From positions 96,001-160,000 of the forward strand of contig CANJVR010000002.1 of assembly GCA_947478395.1 (NCBI GenBank): 64,000 bases of DNA, given 5' to 3'. Source of the stretch: Opitutia bacterium. Its GTDB lineage: Bacteria; Verrucomicrobiota; Verrucomicrobiia; Opitutales; Opitutaceae. Each line of letters begins with the position of its first letter. The first letter of the stretch is position 1. Positions 11,285-20,921 of this stretch are shown here, piece after piece. Made by a program: the position numbers and the translations under genes. Under the pieces are notes generated by a model, which had not been told where the DNA came from, did not search any database, and saw only the letters and a list, made by a program, of their open reading frames with translations.

Positions 11285-12643
11285 ATGAAAATCTGCTGTA
11301 TTGGTGCTGGTTACGTCGGAGGCCCAACCATGGCGATGATCGCGCTCAAGGCGCCGAACATCCAAGTGACTGTGGTCGACATGAATGCGGCCCGCATTGC
11401 TGCTTGGAATTCGGGTAATCTCCCCATTTACGAGCCAGGCTTGGACGACGTGGTGAAGCAGAGTCTCGGTAAAAACCTGCATTTTTCGACCGACGTTCAT
11501 CGTGGAATCAAAGAGGCCGACATCATTTTCGTGGCGGTCAATACGCCGACTAAAATGTATGGTGTAGGCGCCGGTCGCGCGGCCGATTTGACCTTCATCG
11601 AATCCGTGGCCCGCACGATCGCGGAAGTGGCGGATGGCGCGAAAATCATCGTCGAGAAATCCACAATCCCGGTTAAAACGGCCGAGACGATCAAAGACAT
11701 TCTCGCGGCCAATTCGCGCGGCGCGAAATTCCAGGTGCTCTCCAATCCCGAGTTTCTCGCCGAAGGCACGGCGGTGGCCGACTTGATCAGCCCGGACCGG
11801 GTGTTGATCGGCGGTGAACGCACGCCCGAGGGCGAGGCTGCGATCAAGACGTTGGTGGATGTTTACGCGCACTGGGTTCCGCGCGACCGCATCATCACGA
11901 CCAATCTGTGGTCGTCGGAACTCTCCAAGCTCGTGGCCAACGCATTTCTGGCCCAGCGCATTTCGTCGATCAATTCAATCTCGGCTTTGTGCGAAGCGAC
12001 GGGCGCCGACGTCGACGAGGTGGCCAATGCGATCGGCAAGGATTCGCGGATCGGTCCGAAATTTCTCAAGGCTTCGGTGGGTTTCGGTGGCTCCTGTTTT
12101 CAAAAGGACATTTTGAATCTTGCCTACCTCTGTGAAAAATTCGGCCTGCCGGAGGCGGCGGCCTACTGGTCGAGCGTGGTGGATACCAACGACTGGCAGA
12201 AGAAGCGCTTTGCCTCTCGGATCGTGAATTCGCTCTACAACACCGCCGCGGAAAAGAAGGTCGCCGTGCTCGGGTTCGCTTTCAAAAAAGATACGAACGA
12301 CACACGCGAATCCGCGGCGATTGCGGTCTGCCGCGAATTACTCACCGAGCAGGCGCGCGTGGTGGTTTATGATCCGAAGGTACCCGCCGACGAGATCCGT
12401 CGCGATGTACTCGGCTCCGGTAAAGACGATCCGCGACTCACCGTGGCGAAGACCGCGTACGAAGCGGCCGAGGGTGCGCATGCGCTCGCGATCGTGACGG
12501 AGTGGGACGAGTTCAAGACGCTCGACTACGCGAAAATCTATGCGGCGATGGTGAAGCCGGCGTGTATTTTCGACGGTCGTAACATCCTCGATTTGGCCAA
12601 ACTGCGCGCCATCGGTTTCCGGACGCACGGCATCGGCAAGTAG
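11285..12643 (+). CDS. ugd: UDP-glucose 6-dehydrogenase
   Basis: GAGYVG Rossmann motif, [29 protein letters not shown]; start at ATG 11285. Confidence 0.95.
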   Translation: MKICCIGAGYVGGPTMAMIALKAPNIQVTVVDMNAARIAAWNSGNLPIYEPGLDDVVKQSLGKNLHFSTDVHRGIKEADIIFVAVNTPTKMYGVGAGRAADLTFIESVARTIAEVADGAKIIVEKSTIPVKTAETIKDILAANSRGAKFQVLSNPEFLAEGTAVADLISPDRVLIGGERTPEGEAAIKTLVDVYAHWVPRDRIITTNLWSSELSKLVANAFLAQRISSINSISALCEATGADVDEVANAIGKDSRIGPKFLKASVGFGGSCFQKDILNLAYLCEKFGLPEAAAYWSSVVDTNDWQKKRFASRIVNSLYNTAAEKKVAVLGFAFKKDTNDTRESAAIAVCRELLTEQARVVVYDPKVPADEIRRDVLGSGKDDPRLTVAKTAYEAAEGAHALAIVTEWDEFKTLDYAKIYAAMVKPACIFDGRNILDLAKLRAIGFRTHGIGK

Positions 12644-12655
12644 GCGGCGCGTCGG

Positions 12656-13927
12656 TCAGGTCACGCCGGCTCCAGCGAGTAGATCGAGCCGCGCAAAATT
12701 CCCACCGAGCACAGGCTCGGAGGGGCAGCCCATCCAGCGATCGAGCAATGTCGCATAAACACTGCGGAAATCCGTGGTGTACGTCAGGTCTTGGTTGCGG
12801 GCCAGATCGAGCGTCGGCGGCGTGCCGTGTAGTCCGGCTTTTACGCTCGAGCCCATGACAAACAATGGCGCGGCGGTACCGTGGTCGGTGCCTCGACTTT
12901 CGTTTTCGCTTGGGCGACGCCCGAATTCCGAGAACGTCGCGGTCGTTACCTGGCCATCGAGCTTGTGGGCCTCCAAGTCGTGCTGAAATGCCGCCAAGCC
13001 CTCGGAAAGAACCGTCAGCAGATTGGCCTGTTGACCGAGCTGGTTGCTGTGCGTGTCGAAGCCGGAGAGGCTCACGAAATAAACGCGGGTCGGCAGGCCG
13101 GCTGCGATCAAAGCGGCGACATTGCGCAGCGAGGCGGCAAAGGTACTGCCGGGGTAGGGCTTATCGGGTTTGTAGTCGCCGATAAATTTTTGGACTCTCT
13201 TCTCGGTCACAAGCGTGTCCATGAATGTGTGCTTGAGAAAACTCGCACTGTCGTCGGCGGCTAACGGCGCGGTCGCGATGCTTTCGAGCAGTTTTCGCGT
13301 TTCTTCGGTCTCCCGGCGATTCGCGCCATTGGGGAGAAGCCCGAACGAGGGATGGCTTTGTTCGCCTACGAGCGACGGGGGTAGGCCGCTGGTGATGTGG
13401 ATCGCGACGGGATCGTGCTGATCGGCGGGTGCGCCGGAACAGACGTTGTCGAGATAGCGACCGACCCAGCCAGTACTCGTAAATTCTGAACTCGCGCTGG
13501 CTGTTTCCCAGATTTCCGTGGAGCGGAAGTGACTGCGATTGGGATTGGGATAACCGACGTTCTGGACGATCCCGAGTTTGCCGTCTTTGAGCAGGTTCTG
13601 CATCGCGGTCATCGATGGATGCAGGCCGTGCGTGTCGCTGACTTTGAGAACTTTGTCTTTGGGCAAGCCAATGACCGGTCGCAGGCGGTAGTAGTTGGCA
13701 TCTTCGAAAGGCACGAGCGTGTTCAAGCCATCGTTACCGCCGGCGAGTTGGACCAGCACGAGAATCCGGCGGTCCTTTTCGGGCGCCGGGCTCTGGGCCT
13801 GTGCCGATTGCACCAGAAACGACGGGGCAAACTGGCTGAACGCGAGCAGGCCGATCCCGCGGCTCGAGTAATTAAGGAATTCCCGACGGGTTGACGGCAG
13901 CAAGGCGGTGGAGAGCGGAGAAGACAT
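12656..13927 (-). CDS. DUF1501-family protein with Tat signal
   Basis: TRREFL, GGNDGLNT, PNRSHFRS, GFDTH, SEFGRR, GTDHG; paired with DUF1800. Confidence 0.85.
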   Translation of the reverse strand: MSSPLSTALLPSTRREFLNYSSRGIGLLAFSQFAPSFLVQSAQAQSPAPEKDRRILVLVQLAGGNDGLNTLVPFEDANYYRLRPVIGLPKDKVLKVSDTHGLHPSMTAMQNLLKDGKLGIVQNVGYPNPNRSHFRSTEIWETASASSEFTSTGWVGRYLDNVCSGAPADQHDPVAIHITSGLPPSLVGEQSHPSFGLLPNGANRRETEETRKLLESIATAPLAADDSASFLKHTFMDTLVTEKRVQKFIGDYKPDKPYPGSTFAASLRNVAALIAAGLPTRVYFVSLSGFDTHSNQLGQQANLLTVLSEGLAAFQHDLEAHKLDGQVTTATFSEFGRRPSENESRGTDHGTAAPLFVMGSSVKAGLHGTPPTLDLARNQDLTYTTDFRSVYATLLDRWMGCPSEPVLGGNFARLDLLAGAGVT

Positions 13928-13940
13928 GGCGGTCAGGGTT

Positions 13941-15437
13941 TTAACAGAGTTGATAGTCGGGGGATTGCAGCAGCGCGACGGTAGCGCGCCGGACGCGTCG
14001 GCGGCGTTCAGTCGGAGTGGCTGGGCCGGTGGCGATGAACTGCGCAAGATTTTGCTGCAGCAGGTCGTCGGCGGACGCGGAGATAAAATTTTCAACCAAA
14101 CGCTTCGCCGCCTCGCTGGGTTCGACGGCGGCGAATTCGTCGAAGCGATTTAATGGCGTCGTGAAATCCTTGGCGCCATCGGTGCGCGCGGCGAGCAGAT
14201 CGAGCTGTTCATCAGCGTTGAGATTTTTTTCGTCGATGGTGTTGAAGAGCGATTCCGCGAGTGCCCGCCGGGCGGCCAGCGTGGAGGAATTGATCCAATT
14301 GCGGCCACCGACCCAGCCGCGAATATTAGGTGGGTTGAAGAGCATCTGGCCCATTTGCCGGAGCGGGTTGAGGACGTAGCGCGGCAGGGGAGCGACCTCG
14401 ATCTGTAGATCCTGAACCAGCCCCAGATAGTACTGAACCGGACTTTTGATGAAGCCGCCGCGAAACTCCGGGGAGAAAAACAGCCGGCTGCCAAAGAAAC
14501 GTTGGGCCAGGAACCGCAGGTTGAAGCCGGCCTCTCTCCAGATCGCGCCGAGGCTCGCGAGATACTCGGGCGGAAGGGGCGAATCGCTCAGATAGAACTT
14601 TGCGATTTCATGAGGCAAGAAGGCGGCTGCGGCGGGCTGCTTGTAGGCGAGATCGATCACACCGTCGCCCGTGAACGGTGCGGTCTGACCGAAGATTGTT
14701 TTCGGCGTGGCGTCGTGTTGGGCGGGCACGAATCGAAACTCCGTGGAGTATTGCTGCGCCCGATAGCCCGTGAACGCACGGGCGGCTTCCTTGATGTCGG
14801 ATTCGGAGTAGTTGCCCTCACCAAGAAGGAAGAGCTCGAACAGCTCACGCGCGAAGTTTTCGTTTGGAGCGGTGCGTTGGCTTTGGTTCAGATCGAGGTA
14901 GATGACCATCGCCGGCGACCGGGAAATCGCCTTGGTGAGTTCGGGCGCAGCGCCCAACGCATGGCGGGCGATGATGTCAGCGTGCAGAAAAATATGGGAT
15001 GGGCTGTTAGCTTTTTCCGATGCCACAACGTAGACGTCGCTCAAAAACAGCACCCACTTGGCGAACGCGCTTTGCTCGGGTTTGACGGCCGCGCGCAGCC
15101 ATTTCATCGACAGATCTTGCAGGGCGAGTTGCGCGCGTTCGCGGGATTCGCGCTGGATCATTCGCTTCTCATCGGCCGAGGCGTCCTTCAATCGCTGTTG
15201 AAAGGTCAACGCTCCCTCCTCGAGGCGGACGATCTGGCGCGGCTTGGGCAGCAATTGCGGCTCGTTCGGAAATAGCCGGTCGAGCGTTGCGGTGAGTCCA
15301 TCCCGGACGGCTTGATCGACCTCGGCGGGGCGGGCGGTCCAAGCGGCGCGGCGGAGGAGATGTTGCGCCGCTTCCGCGTTCCAGTCGGAAGCAGACAACG
15401 GTTGCCACGCATCGGCGGACGAAAGGGTCGGGGTCAT
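13941..15437 (-). CDS. DUF1800-family protein
   Basis: HLLRRA, PAMVIYLD, PNENFARELFELFLLG, EAARAFTG, PPNIRGW, SPDYQLC. Confidence 0.85.
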   Translation of the reverse strand: MTPTLSSADAWQPLSASDWNAEAAQHLLRRAAWTARPAEVDQAVRDGLTATLDRLFPNEPQLLPKPRQIVRLEEGALTFQQRLKDASADEKRMIQRESRERAQLALQDLSMKWLRAAVKPEQSAFAKWVLFLSDVYVVASEKANSPSHIFLHADIIARHALGAAPELTKAISRSPAMVIYLDLNQSQRTAPNENFARELFELFLLGEGNYSESDIKEAARAFTGYRAQQYSTEFRFVPAQHDATPKTIFGQTAPFTGDGVIDLAYKQPAAAAFLPHEIAKFYLSDSPLPPEYLASLGAIWREAGFNLRFLAQRFFGSRLFFSPEFRGGFIKSPVQYYLGLVQDLQIEVAPLPRYVLNPLRQMGQMLFNPPNIRGWVGGRNWINSSTLAARRALAESLFNTIDEKNLNADEQLDLLAARTDGAKDFTTPLNRFDEFAAVEPSEAAKRLVENFISASADDLLQQNLAQFIATGPATPTERRRRVRRATVALLQSPDYQLC

Positions 15438-15485
15438 GCGGTGCACAGACGCTCCCTTTGGTCGGGAGTTTCCTTGCGGTGAAAA

Positions 15486-16631
15486 CTACACGCCGAGTGC
15501 GGTCCGGTAAAGACGGGGTACACGTTTCGTGACCGAGCACAAAGTTTCCCACGGGATGGTGTCGGCCCAGCGACTGAACTCGGCGACGGATATCTCTCCA
15601 GTACCCTGACGGCCCACCAGCACGACCTCGTTTCCCACGGCCGCGGCCGGGACGTGCGTCACGTCGACGATCGTCTGGTCCATCGTTACCCGGCCCAGCA
15701 CCGAGCAGCGCTGACCGCCGATCAAAACCTGCGCTCGATTGCTCAGGGCCCGCGGAAGTCCGTCGGCATAGCCGGCACAAAGAATCGCGATGCGGGTTTC
15801 GCGCGACAGTGTATGCGTGCGACCGTAACTGACCGTGGTGCCGCTCGGTAATATTTTAACGAGTCCAATTCGGGTACGAAAACTAAAGACCGGTTCGGTG
15901 CGAACCTGCACGAGCAAGGAGCGGGAGCTCGGCAGTACGCCGAATTGGAGCAGTCCCACGCGCACGGCGTTGAACGGACTGGCCCCGGGCATCGACTCGA
16001 GTCCGGCGCTGTTATCCGCGTGGACGAAAAGCTCGTCGGGCTTCAGGCCCACGCAGCGGTCGAGGGCGGCGAGGAAACGCCGGCGCTGCTCGGCGGTGAA
16101 CGCCGCGTCATCGTCGGGCGAGGCGAAATGCGTGAAAACGCCGGCGAGCCGCAGGTGAGGCGATTGCAAGATGCGCGCAAACAGTGCCGGGGCTTGGTCA
16201 TGCCAGACACCTAGGCGTCCCATACCGGTATCGATTTTAAGATGGATCGAAATTTCACGACCTGCGAGTCGGCCGGCGGCTTCGAAACGTTCCACTTCTT
16301 CCGCGGACGACACCGTGGCCGCGAGATCGTATTCGACGAGAAAATGATCTTCCTCTGGCAGTAGCGGACTTAGAAGTAGAATCGGCCAGCCCGGCCCGAG
16401 TTCACGCAGCGCGGCCGCCTCGGCGACGTTAGCCACGGCGAATAAATCCGCGCCGGCATGCATCAGGCGCGCCGCCGTTTGATGGAGACCGTGTCCATAG
16501 GCGTCGGCCTTCACGACCGCCACGTAGCGCATGCGCGGTGGGAGGGAGGCGCGAATGAGACGAAGATTGCGCTCCAACGCGGAGAGATCGATCTCGGCCC
16601 AACAGCGTAAAGGGTACGAGGACGAGCTCAT
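15486..16631 (-). CDS. alr: Alanine racemase
   Basis: VVKADAYGHG PLP-lysine motif, KIDTGMGRLG, GYADG, GRVTMDQ; start at ATG 16631, overlapping tsaB stop. Confidence 0.95.
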   Translation of the reverse strand: MSSSSYPLRCWAEIDLSALERNLRLIRASLPPRMRYVAVVKADAYGHGLHQTAARLMHAGADLFAVANVAEAAALRELGPGWPILLLSPLLPEEDHFLVEYDLAATVSSAEEVERFEAAGRLAGREISIHLKIDTGMGRLGVWHDQAPALFARILQSPHLRLAGVFTHFASPDDDAAFTAEQRRRFLAALDRCVGLKPDELFVHADNSAGLESMPGASPFNAVRVGLLQFGVLPSSRSLLVQVRTEPVFSFRTRIGLVKILPSGTTVSYGRTHTLSRETRIAILCAGYADGLPRALSNRAQVLIGGQRCSVLGRVTMDQTIVDVTHVPAAAVGNEVVLVGRQGTGEISVAEFSRWADTIPWETLCSVTKRVPRLYRTALGV

Positions 16632-17260
16632 GGCGATGACGGCGCGCGGTGGATATGCGGGGTCCACGTGGCGTAACTGGGCTCCTCGTGCAGGAAGGCG
16701 TCTGGTGCGTCGACGGCCCGAAACAGATCGGCATCGGGCAGGGTCTCGAGCAGCGCCGCGACGTCGTAGGGGGTGCGCTGGATTCCGGCCGGCAATGGCG
16801 TCCAATGACGGAAGTTCTCCGGCATTACGAGCGGACCGGAAAGCTCCGCTGTCGGCACGCGACGGAGCGCATGGCCGGCGCGTTGCACGTGCCAGGAATC
16901 GCGCCGCGCATCGGCAATAACGGAAAAGTCGGTGTCGCCAAGAGCCTGAGATACAAGCGCCAGACTACCGTAGGCGAACGCGGGACGAGGCGCGAGTGTT
17001 TGCCACGTACGCAGCGCCACGGCGGCGGTCCGGATGCCCAGAATGGAGCCCGGACCCTCGCAGAAAACAAATCCCTGGATCGCGCTCAAATCGACGGCGA
17101 GTTCCTCGATTCCGGCGAATACCGCGATGCCCGCCTCGGCGGTCCGCGCGGTCCAGCGGGCGGTGCGGGCGTCGAGCAGGCCGACTTGCACGCGGGTCGA
17201 CGCGGCGTCGATCAGCAGCAACGGAGCGTGCAGTTGCAGAATTTGGCGAAGGCTCGGCAT
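16628..17260 (-). CDS. tsaB: tRNA threonylcarbamoyladenosine biosynthesis protein TsaB-like (divergent)
   Basis: LLIDAAS, GPGSILGIR (GPGSFTG-like), IADARR motifs. Confidence 0.75.
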   Translation of the reverse strand: MPSLRQILQLHAPLLLIDAASTRVQVGLLDARTARWTARTAEAGIAVFAGIEELAVDLSAIQGFVFCEGPGSILGIRTAAVALRTWQTLAPRPAFAYGSLALVSQALGDTDFSVIADARRDSWHVQRAGHALRRVPTAELSGPLVMPENFRHWTPLPAGIQRTPYDVAALLETLPDADLFRAVDAPDAFLHEEPSYATWTPHIHRAPSSP

Positions 17261-17322
17261 CCGCTGCCACGAAACCGTGCGTCCTCATTCCGCGCAAGCG
17301 CGCAGCAGAAACGAATCCAAGA

Positions 17323-17350
17323 TTGACCGCATGATGCCCCGACGTAGCGT
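17323..17350 (+). promoter_or_regulatory. Putative sigma70 promoter of tig-clpP-clpX
   Basis: TTGACC-N16-TAGCGT about 40 bp upstream of tig. Confidence 0.5.
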
Positions 17351-17389
17351 TACCAATTCTTTTCACGAAAACCAGTTTCTGACTCACCT

Positions 17390-18712
17390 GTGAACATCCA
17401 ACTCAATACCGTTTCCGACACCCGCAAGAGCATCGTCGTCACGCTCGATCCGAGCGAAGTTAACGCCGAGCACCAGGCCGTGATCGGGGAATTTTCCCGT
17501 GGTGCGCAGCTGCCCGGTTTCCGTCCGGGCAAGGCGCCCGCCGCGATGGTGATCAAACGCTATGCGAAGGAGATCGCGGACGAATTCAAACAGAAGGTCG
17601 TTTCGAAGGCTTACCGCAGCGCCCTCGAAAAGGAAAAACTCGAAGTGCTGAACATCGTGAACGTCGAGGAAGGCACGATCGAACCCGGCCTCTCTGCCGC
17701 GGTAACCGTGACCGTCGATGTGCGGCCGGAGTTTGCTTTGCCGGATTACGTCGGACTGCCCACGGAAATTGCCCCGACTGACGCCACCGATGCAGAAGTG
17801 GACACGGTCATCGAAGGGCTTCGGACCGAGCGGGCTGATTTCAAGCCAGCGGATCGCCCCGCGGGGAAAGGCGACTACGTGAAGCTCGCGTATGAAGGCA
17901 CGATCGACGGCAAGCCCATTGCTGAACTCGCGCCGGACAAACAAATCTATGGTTCGGTCCCACAGACGTGGGAAGAAGTCGAAGGCGCCCAGGAAGGCGT
18001 CATCCCCGGTCTCGGTCAGCAAATCGCCGGCGTGAAGACCGGCGACAAGAAAGACGTGGCGATCGTGTTTCCCGCTGATTTCGCGGCGGTGCCGGCTCTG
18101 GCGGGAAAAACGGCGAACTACGCGCTGACGATCCAGGAAATTCGCGAGCGCGTGTTGCCCGAGTTGAACGAGGAATTTTTCAAATCCCAGCAAGTCGACA
18201 ACCTCGACGCCCTGAAATCGAGCGTGCGTAACAATTTGAAGATGCGGAAAGACTACGACAACCGCGGCGCGCAACGCCGCCAAGTCACCGAGGCGCTCGC
18301 CGCCAAGGTCGAGTTCGGTATTCCGCAGAGCCTGGTGGACTCCGAGACGCAGAGCGTTTTGCGGCAGTTCATCGAGGAGAACATGCGTCGCGGCATCCCG
18401 CAGGACCAATTCGAAAAGGATAAGAACGAACTCTACGCCGGCGCGCAGAAGGCGGCGGTCCAGCGGGTGAAGGTGCAACTGCTCCTCGCCAAAATCGCTG
18501 AGGTCGAAAAAATCTCCGTGTCCGAGCGAGACATCGACAACTTCATTTACCGCGAGGCGAGCCGCAGCGGACAAAAGCCTGAGAAACTCGTGAAGGAACT
18601 GACGAAAGATCGCGATCAGCTCCGCGCGATCCAGCAGAACATCATTTTCGACAAGGCGGTTGATTTTCTGGTGTCCAAAGCTACGGTATCGACGATTCAG
18701 CCAAAGGCTTGA
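17390..18712 (+). CDS. tig: Trigger factor
   Basis: PGFRPGKAP ribosome-binding signature; tig-clpP-clpX order. Confidence 0.95.
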   Translation: MNIQLNTVSDTRKSIVVTLDPSEVNAEHQAVIGEFSRGAQLPGFRPGKAPAAMVIKRYAKEIADEFKQKVVSKAYRSALEKEKLEVLNIVNVEEGTIEPGLSAAVTVTVDVRPEFALPDYVGLPTEIAPTDATDAEVDTVIEGLRTERADFKPADRPAGKGDYVKLAYEGTIDGKPIAELAPDKQIYGSVPQTWEEVEGAQEGVIPGLGQQIAGVKTGDKKDVAIVFPADFAAVPALAGKTANYALTIQEIRERVLPELNEEFFKSQQVDNLDALKSSVRNNLKMRKDYDNRGAQRRQVTEALAAKVEFGIPQSLVDSETQSVLRQFIEENMRRGIPQDQFEKDKNELYAGAQKAAVQRVKVQLLLAKIAEVEKISVSERDIDNFIYREASRSGQKPEKLVKELTKDRDQLRAIQQNIIFDKAVDFLVSKATVSTIQPKA

Positions 18713-18731
18713 GTCATCGAAATCCAACATC

Positions 18732-19352
18732 GTGAGCTACTACGTTCCCATCGTTCTTGAAAACACCGGCCGCGGCGAGCGGTCGATGGATATCTACTCC
18801 CGTCTGCTGAAAGACCGCATTATTTTCATCGGCACGCCGATCGACGATGTGGTGGCGAATCTTGTGATTGCCCAGCTGCTTTATCTGCAGATGGAAGACG
18901 CGAAGAAGGATATCTACATTTACATCAACTCACCGGGCGGCGTGGTGACCGGGGGCATGGCGATCTACGACACGATCAATTTCCTCCAGTGCGATGTGGT
19001 CACCTATTGCATCGGTATGGCGGCCAGCATGAGCACGGTGCTGCTCGCGGCCGGCACGAAGGGCAAGCGCTTCGCGCTCCCGAACAGTCGTGTCATGATT
19101 CACCAACCAAGTGGTGGCGCTGGCGGTCAGACGGCGGACATCACGATCGCGGCGAAGGAAATTCTCCGTTGGCGTCAGACGTTGAACAACGTCATCTCCA
19201 AGCACACCGGCAAGACATCGGAGCAGGTCGAAAAGGACTCCGACCGCGATTACTACATGAGCGCCGAAGAAGCCAAGGCGTACGGAATCGTCGATCACGT
19301 GGTCGCTTCCGCCCGCGAAGCCCAGTCCATTGTCGTGCCGAGCGCCGCTTGA
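18732..19352 (+). CDS. clpP: ATP-dependent Clp protease proteolytic subunit
   Basis: [34 protein letters not shown] start at 18732. Confidence 0.97.
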   Translation: MSYYVPIVLENTGRGERSMDIYSRLLKDRIIFIGTPIDDVVANLVIAQLLYLQMEDAKKDIYIYINSPGGVVTGGMAIYDTINFLQCDVVTYCIGMAASMSTVLLAAGTKGKRFALPNSRVMIHQPSGGAGGQTADITIAAKEILRWRQTLNNVISKHTGKTSEQVEKDSDRDYYMSAEEAKAYGIVDHVVASAREAQSIVVPSAA

Positions 19353-19426
19353 ACGCCGCGCTGTTTCACGGTCCCGTAGGCGAAGTCCGTAGTCGACTGC
19401 CCGTTTGAGACAAGCAAGTTGCTCCC

Positions 19427-20719
19427 ATGGCCAAATCATCGCGGGTCACCCTGTGTTCCTTCTGCGGGAAGTCGCAGGGCGAAGTTAAAAAAATCATCGC
19501 GGGCCCCGGGGTCTACATTTGCGACTCATGCGTTAATGTCTGCAAGACCATCATCGACCGCGAGGTGAAGCCCGCCGCCACGGCGGATGCTAAGCCAGCC
19601 TTCCGCCAGCTCAAGCCGTCCGAAATCAAGCGTACGCTCGACGATTTTGTGATCGGTCAGGATCACGCGAAGAAGGTCCTCTCCGTCGCAGTCTATAACC
19701 ATTACAAGCGGCTGATGTTTGATAGCGGTCAATCGACCAAGGGTTCCGCTGCGCTTTCGCCCGAGTTTAGCGAAGTCGAGATTGAGAAGAGCAACATCCT
19801 GCTCGCCGGCCCGACTGGCTCGGGCAAGACGCTCCTGGCGCGGACGCTAGCCAAAATCCTCGACGTGCCATTCGCGATTTCCGACGCCACGACCCTCACC
19901 GAGGCAGGCTATGTCGGCGAAGACGTCGAAAATGTGGTGCTGCGGCTCCTGCAAAACGCGAACTACGACGTGAAGCGCGCTGAATGCGGGATCATCTATA
20001 TCGACGAGATCGACAAGATCCGCCGCACCACGGAAAATGTTTCAATCACGCGCGATGTCTCCGGCGAGGGCGTCCAACAGGCGCTGCTGAAAATTCTCGA
20101 AGGCACCATCTGCAACGTCCCGCCCCAAGGCGGTCGCAAGCACCCCAATCAGGAATATATTCAGGTCAACACGGCGAATATTCTCTTCATTTGCGGCGGC
20201 GCTTTCGTCGGTCTCGATCAAATCGTGAAGAAGCGGCTCGGCCAGCGCTCGCTCGGCTTTCATCTTAACTCCGAGGACAAGGAGCTGACCCCCGACGAGA
20301 TGATGAAAAAAATCGCCCCGGAGGATCTGGTGCGTTTCGGCATGATCCCCGAATTTATCGGCCGCCTGCCGGTTGTGTCGGTCCTCGATCAACTCGCCGT
20401 CGGGGATCTGGAGAAAATTTTGCTGAAAACGAAGAATGCGACCGTGAAGCAGTACGCCAAACTCTTCGCGATCGACGGCGTGCGCCTGCGGTTCACATCG
20501 GATGCGGTCCGTGCGATCGCGCAGAAGGCGATTGAACTCAAAACCGGCGCGCGCGCCCTGAGATCGATTTTGGAAAACATCATGCTCGATGTGATGTACG
20601 AATTACCCCAGCGCGAGGACGTGACGGAAGTCGTCATCGATGCCGCTGTCGTAGCCGGCCGCCGTCGCCCCACGCTTCGCCGCGCCGCGAAGAACGAGCC
20701 GACCGAAAACGCGGCTTAA
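19427..20719 (+). CDS. clpX: ATP-dependent Clp protease ATP-binding subunit
   Basis: CSFCGK zinc finger, [26 protein letters not shown]. Confidence 0.97.
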   Translation: MAKSSRVTLCSFCGKSQGEVKKIIAGPGVYICDSCVNVCKTIIDREVKPAATADAKPAFRQLKPSEIKRTLDDFVIGQDHAKKVLSVAVYNHYKRLMFDSGQSTKGSAALSPEFSEVEIEKSNILLAGPTGSGKTLLARTLAKILDVPFAISDATTLTEAGYVGEDVENVVLRLLQNANYDVKRAECGIIYIDEIDKIRRTTENVSITRDVSGEGVQQALLKILEGTICNVPPQGGRKHPNQEYIQVNTANILFICGGAFVGLDQIVKKRLGQRSLGFHLNSEDKELTPDEMMKKIAPEDLVRFGMIPEFIGRLPVVSVLDQLAVGDLEKILLKTKNATVKQYAKLFAIDGVRLRFTSDAVRAIAQKAIELKTGARALRSILENIMLDVMYELPQREDVTEVVIDAAVVAGRRRPTLRRAAKNEPTENAA

Positions 20720-20778
20720 CAGGCGCGTCGGGCAGCCATCTCCCGCAGAGCGCTTGGGCAAAGCCTGGCTTTTCCGAA

Positions 20779-20914
20779 CGGTTGAAGTTTCTCCGTGGCC
20801 GTTTTGTGGAGCCCCGCGCGTCGCTGCCTGCCGGATTCGGCGTTCTGGTTTTGGCCGGCAGGGACGCCTGCTGCTACTTCGTTAGCGGCTACGCTTTGGG
20901 TTAAACTGCGCTGG
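20779..20914. mobile_element. Degenerate inverted copy of the MITE/REP family 1 element
   Basis: cggttgaagtttctccgtggccg...ggcagggacgcctgctgctac...ttagcggctacg matches the reverse complement of the other copies. Confidence 0.6.
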
Positions 20915-20921
20915 AGCGCCG

